From positions 212,513 through 276,512 of the forward strand of contig JACNGE010000014.1 of the NCBI GenBank assembly GCA_014384285.1: 64,000 bases of DNA, written 5' to 3'. The stretch's first letter is position 1. Every line of letters starts with the position of its first letter. The notes under the pieces are model-generated. The model saw only the letters and a list, made by a program, of their open reading frames with translations, had not been told where the DNA came from and ran no database searches. Positions 61,173 through 64,000 of this stretch are shown here, in pieces. This DNA is from Actinomycetota bacterium (GTDB lineage: Bacteria; Actinomycetota; Acidimicrobiia; Actinomarinales; Actinomarinaceae). The position numbers were made by a program, and so were the translations under genes.

Positions 61173-62272
61173 GAGGAAGACCTAATCTGTACACTGACTA
61201 CCAAAAAGAGTCATCAATTTTCTCAAATAAAACTCAAAAAAGCTGGTTTGGTTTATTAATTTCTTTGGCCATTGGCCTATGTTTTTTAGCAACAGATTAT
61301 TGGTTGTTGCTTATTACAACTTCTTGTTTAATTGCAATAGCTTCTTGGGGTTTAAATATAGTTTCAGGTTTAGCTGGTCAAATTAATCTTGCACATGGCG
61401 TATTTATTGGAGTTGGGACATACGCATCTGCTGTTATCGGTGGTGTAGCCACCTCAAGCGTTATAGGATATAACTTAGATATGATTTTCTGGCTGCCTGT
61501 AGCTGGTTTAGCGTCTGCAGTTGTAGGTTTAATTATTGCACCAATCACTGTAAAACTAAAGGGACTCAATCTAGCATTAGTGACACTTGCCTTGGTGTTT
61601 ATAGGATCTCATTTATTTTCTAACTTCAAGTCTATGACTGGTGGGGCAGGTCTTGGAAGAAAAGTTGCTACTTTAAAACTTTTCGGTATTGATTTAGAAA
61701 ATGGTCTTCAAGTTGGAAGTTACTATCTCCAAAGGGAACAAATTTTATATCTTTTTTCACTACTTATCTGTGTGCTTGCAGGTTTGGGTGTTAAAAACTT
61801 AGTTAGGTCAAGAGCTGGTAGAGCATATTCTGCAATTCGTGATGGCGACATTGCAGCAGAAGCATTAGGTATCAATCTCTTTAGGTACAAAGCTTCAGCT
61901 TTTGCATTATCAAGTTTTTACGGAGGAATAAGTGGTGCGCTATTTTTTACAGTATCAGGAGGTGTTGAGCCAGGATCATTCAATCTTGTATATTCAATTA
62001 CTTTTGTGGCAATAGTTGTTATTGGCGGTGCAGGAACAGTTTTAGGACCTCTATTTGGTGCTTTTTTCTACACATTATTTCCAGCTGTAATCCAATTATT
62101 TCTCCATACCTTTGATATAGGGGAGCAGTCTTTGCCTTTAAACTTGGGACAGTTGGAAAGACTTTTATTTGGACTTGTAATTATTTTGTTTCTAATGTTT
62201 GAACCTAGAGGACTATGGGGTATTTGGTTTAGGTTACGTAATTATTTTAAAGCCTGGCCATTTTCCTACTAA
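61169..62272 (+). CDS. Liv-type ABC permease (LivM-like)
   Basis: GLNIVSGLAGQINLAH, GRAYSAIRD, GGAGTVLGP, EPRGL. Confidence 0.92.
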   Translation: MRGRPNLYTDYQKESSIFSNKTQKSWFGLLISLAIGLCFLATDYWLLLITTSCLIAIASWGLNIVSGLAGQINLAHGVFIGVGTYASAVIGGVATSSVIGYNLDMIFWLPVAGLASAVVGLIIAPITVKLKGLNLALVTLALVFIGSHLFSNFKSMTGGAGLGRKVATLKLFGIDLENGLQVGSYYLQREQILYLFSLLICVLAGLGVKNLVRSRAGRAYSAIRDGDIAAEALGINLFRYKASAFALSSFYGGISGALFFTVSGGVEPGSFNLVYSITFVAIVVIGGAGTVLGPLFGAFFYTLFPAVIQLFLHTFDIGEQSLPLNLGQLERLLFGLVIILFLMFEPRGLWGIWFRLRNYFKAWPFSY

Positions 62273-62328
62273 CCGAGTAAAAACCTAGTAATCTAAATTT
62301 ATTAGTACTAATTATAAAAGGGGGAATA

Positions 62329-63705
62329 ATGAAACCATTGCGTAAGCAGGGAATCATTCTTTTTACAATTCTTGCCCTTGTCTTAGTAGCTTGCGGCGGA
62401 GCCGCTGAAGAAACAGTAGAGGAAACAACTCCAGAAGTTGTCGAGTCACTTGAATCTCCAGCAGTTACTACTGCTAGCACTGTAGATACAGGTGTTGGAG
62501 TTACGGCAGATCCATGTCCTTCCGAAATAGGTGGAGTCCCAACAGGGGCTGATCCATCAAAAGGTTGTATATATCTTGGGTTACTCAATGATTATACAGG
62601 ACCTTACGGACCGCTTGGACCTGCACTAGAAACAGGCCAAAGAGCATTTTGGCTTTGGGCTAACCAATCTGGTGGAGTTGGAGATTACAGTGTTGCAATC
62701 GTAGAAGGTTATGACACAGGATATAATCCACAAAAACACCTAGAAGGCTATAACGCACAACGCGATAATGTTGCAGCATTAGCTATGTCACTTGGTACGC
62801 CTCAAACAGTATTTATTCTTGACAACATGGATAAAGACAACATGATTGCAGCTCCTATGAGTTGGTATTCAGGTTGGTCTTACAAATCAGTTGATAAAGG
62901 ATTAGTAATTGAATTCGGTTCAGCATATTGTGCTGACGGTATGAATGCGGTTGATTGGGCATTAGGTAATTATCCAGTTGAAGTTAAAACAATTGGAATT
63001 ATGGGATATGCTGGCGACTATGGTGGAGATTACGCTAAAGGTGTAAAAGCTGCTGCAGAAGCCAATGGTCTTACTGTTGCTTGGGAGTATATCGTTCCAA
63101 GTCCAGAGTTTGACGTTGCTCAAGCCGTTGGTCTAATGGTTACAAAACCAGTAGACGCATACTTTCCAGCAGTTGGACCTGCTCATATGGCACAAGTAGC
63201 AGGTGGAGCATTCCAACAAGGATTGACACCACTATCTATGATGGCTGCACCATCATTTAATGATGCGTTCGTCAAAGAGGGTTTTGCATTAGCACCATTA
63301 TTTACTTCTGGTTCAATGTACCTTATGGCCTTCGTTGCTCCGTATGAAGCTGAAACAGCTGGTCATGCAACTATGAGAGCTACTTTCTCAGCAATGGGAA
63401 TTGATTCAGCTAATACATTCTTAGTAGCAGGTTGGGCTTCACAGCATCACTTAAAAGGTGTTCTTGAAGCAGCTAATAAAGGTGGAGACCTTACTAGAGC
63501 TGGTATTAGAAGAGCTGCTGGTAGTGTTTATGTTGACTCTGATGGCATGATGCCACAAAGAGAGCTTGGACAAAACAGAGCAGATGCAGAGAGCTTCATC
63601 GCAGTTCCAGATGGAACAATTGCTAGTGGAGTTAAATTGTTGGCAGGAAACTATGTCGGTCCATCAGCTGGTGGATATGACTGGGAATCTGGTCCATGTA
63701 GTTAA
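62329..63705 (+). CDS. ABC substrate-binding lipoprotein, PBP1/LivJ-like
   Basis: Lipobox LVAC, acidic linker, LNDYTGP, N..GGVG.Y, DTGYNP, DYGGD, LTRAG. Confidence 0.9.
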   Translation: MKPLRKQGIILFTILALVLVACGGAAEETVEETTPEVVESLESPAVTTASTVDTGVGVTADPCPSEIGGVPTGADPSKGCIYLGLLNDYTGPYGPLGPALETGQRAFWLWANQSGGVGDYSVAIVEGYDTGYNPQKHLEGYNAQRDNVAALAMSLGTPQTVFILDNMDKDNMIAAPMSWYSGWSYKSVDKGLVIEFGSAYCADGMNAVDWALGNYPVEVKTIGIMGYAGDYGGDYAKGVKAAAEANGLTVAWEYIVPSPEFDVAQAVGLMVTKPVDAYFPAVGPAHMAQVAGGAFQQGLTPLSMMAAPSFNDAFVKEGFALAPLFTSGSMYLMAFVAPYEAETAGHATMRATFSAMGIDSANTFLVAGWASQHHLKGVLEAANKGGDLTRAGIRRAAGSVYVDSDGMMPQRELGQNRADAESFIAVPDGTIASGVKLLAGNYVGPSAGGYDWESGPCS

Positions 63706-63725
63706 TTTTTATTAACTAAATTATT

Positions 63726-63756
63726 TAAAGAGCCGGTATTTGCCGGCTCTTTATTT
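63726..63756. terminator. Intrinsic terminator after the SBP gene
   Basis: TAAAGAGCCGG...CCGGCTCTTTA inverted repeat with T-rich tail. Confidence 0.85.
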
Positions 63757-63780
63757 ATCTAGATATCCTAAAATTTTAAT

Positions 63781-64000
63781 GTGAAAAGTTTATCAAAATT
63801 TCAAAAAAAAAGACTCATAGCTATACTGCTAATTTTTTCATCTCTATCCTACACCGGTCTATTCATTGATACAGATTATTATTACATGTCACCCGGTCCT
63901 CCTTATGAATGGAATATTTCTATTGATAAAGCCACTTCTTATGAATCTGAGGGTAAGTTATATCAACTAACAGTAAGAAGAGATGTAGCAAATTATCTTT
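63781..64000 (+). CDS. N-terminus of a PDZ-domain Lon-like protease (YlbL/Rv3194c family), truncated by window edge
   Basis: GTG start; MKSLSKFQKKRLIAILLIFSSLSYTGLFIDTDYYYMSPGP...EGKLYQLTV; TM followed by Y...PG and G.L..TV motifs. Confidence 0.7.
   Translation, partial: MKSLSKFQKKRLIAILLIFSSLSYTGLFIDTDYYYMSPGPPYEWNISIDKATSYESEGKLYQLTVRRDVANYL

Overview
Gene-dense, strongly AT-rich core-genome segment of a streamlined bacterium (about one-third GC by eye, not computed). A WhiB protein, the alr-tsaE-tsaB-rimI-tsaD-groES-groEL order and pcrA-sucCD point to a low-GC actinobacterium, plausibly marine Ca. Actinomarina-like Acidimicrobiia (inference). Contents in order: the S10 (from the 3' end of rplD)-spc-alpha ribosomal superoperon, rplM-rpsI-glmM, glmS behind a complete glmS ribozyme, t6A genes, groES/EL, a ten-gene shikimate/Phe/Tyr cluster with a leader-peptide attenuator, mixed small genes including a Nur-like regulator with an ECF T/A pair, trpS-pcrA, TCA genes (sucCD, icd, mdh, sdhCDAB), hup, whiB, htrA and a Liv-type ABC plus acyl-CoA ligase cluster. 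No rRNA, tRNA, CRISPR or mobile element was seen. The best candidate for a new system is the glmS ribozyme, which is bracketed by two mutually exclusive helices. The cleavable 5' leader pairs with the loop of a hairpin that would otherwise bury the glmS Shine-Dalgarno, suggesting self-cleavage directly flips a translational switch. Other highlights: a hidden membrane-anchored thioredoxin with an in-frame UGA in a UxxC motif plus a SECIS-like hairpin (probable selenoprotein), a leaderless Phe/Tyr attenuator, a peptidase-S51/CysRS-anticodon-domain fusion, Zn-free ribosomal protein variants in the core operons, and pervasive leaderless promoters.
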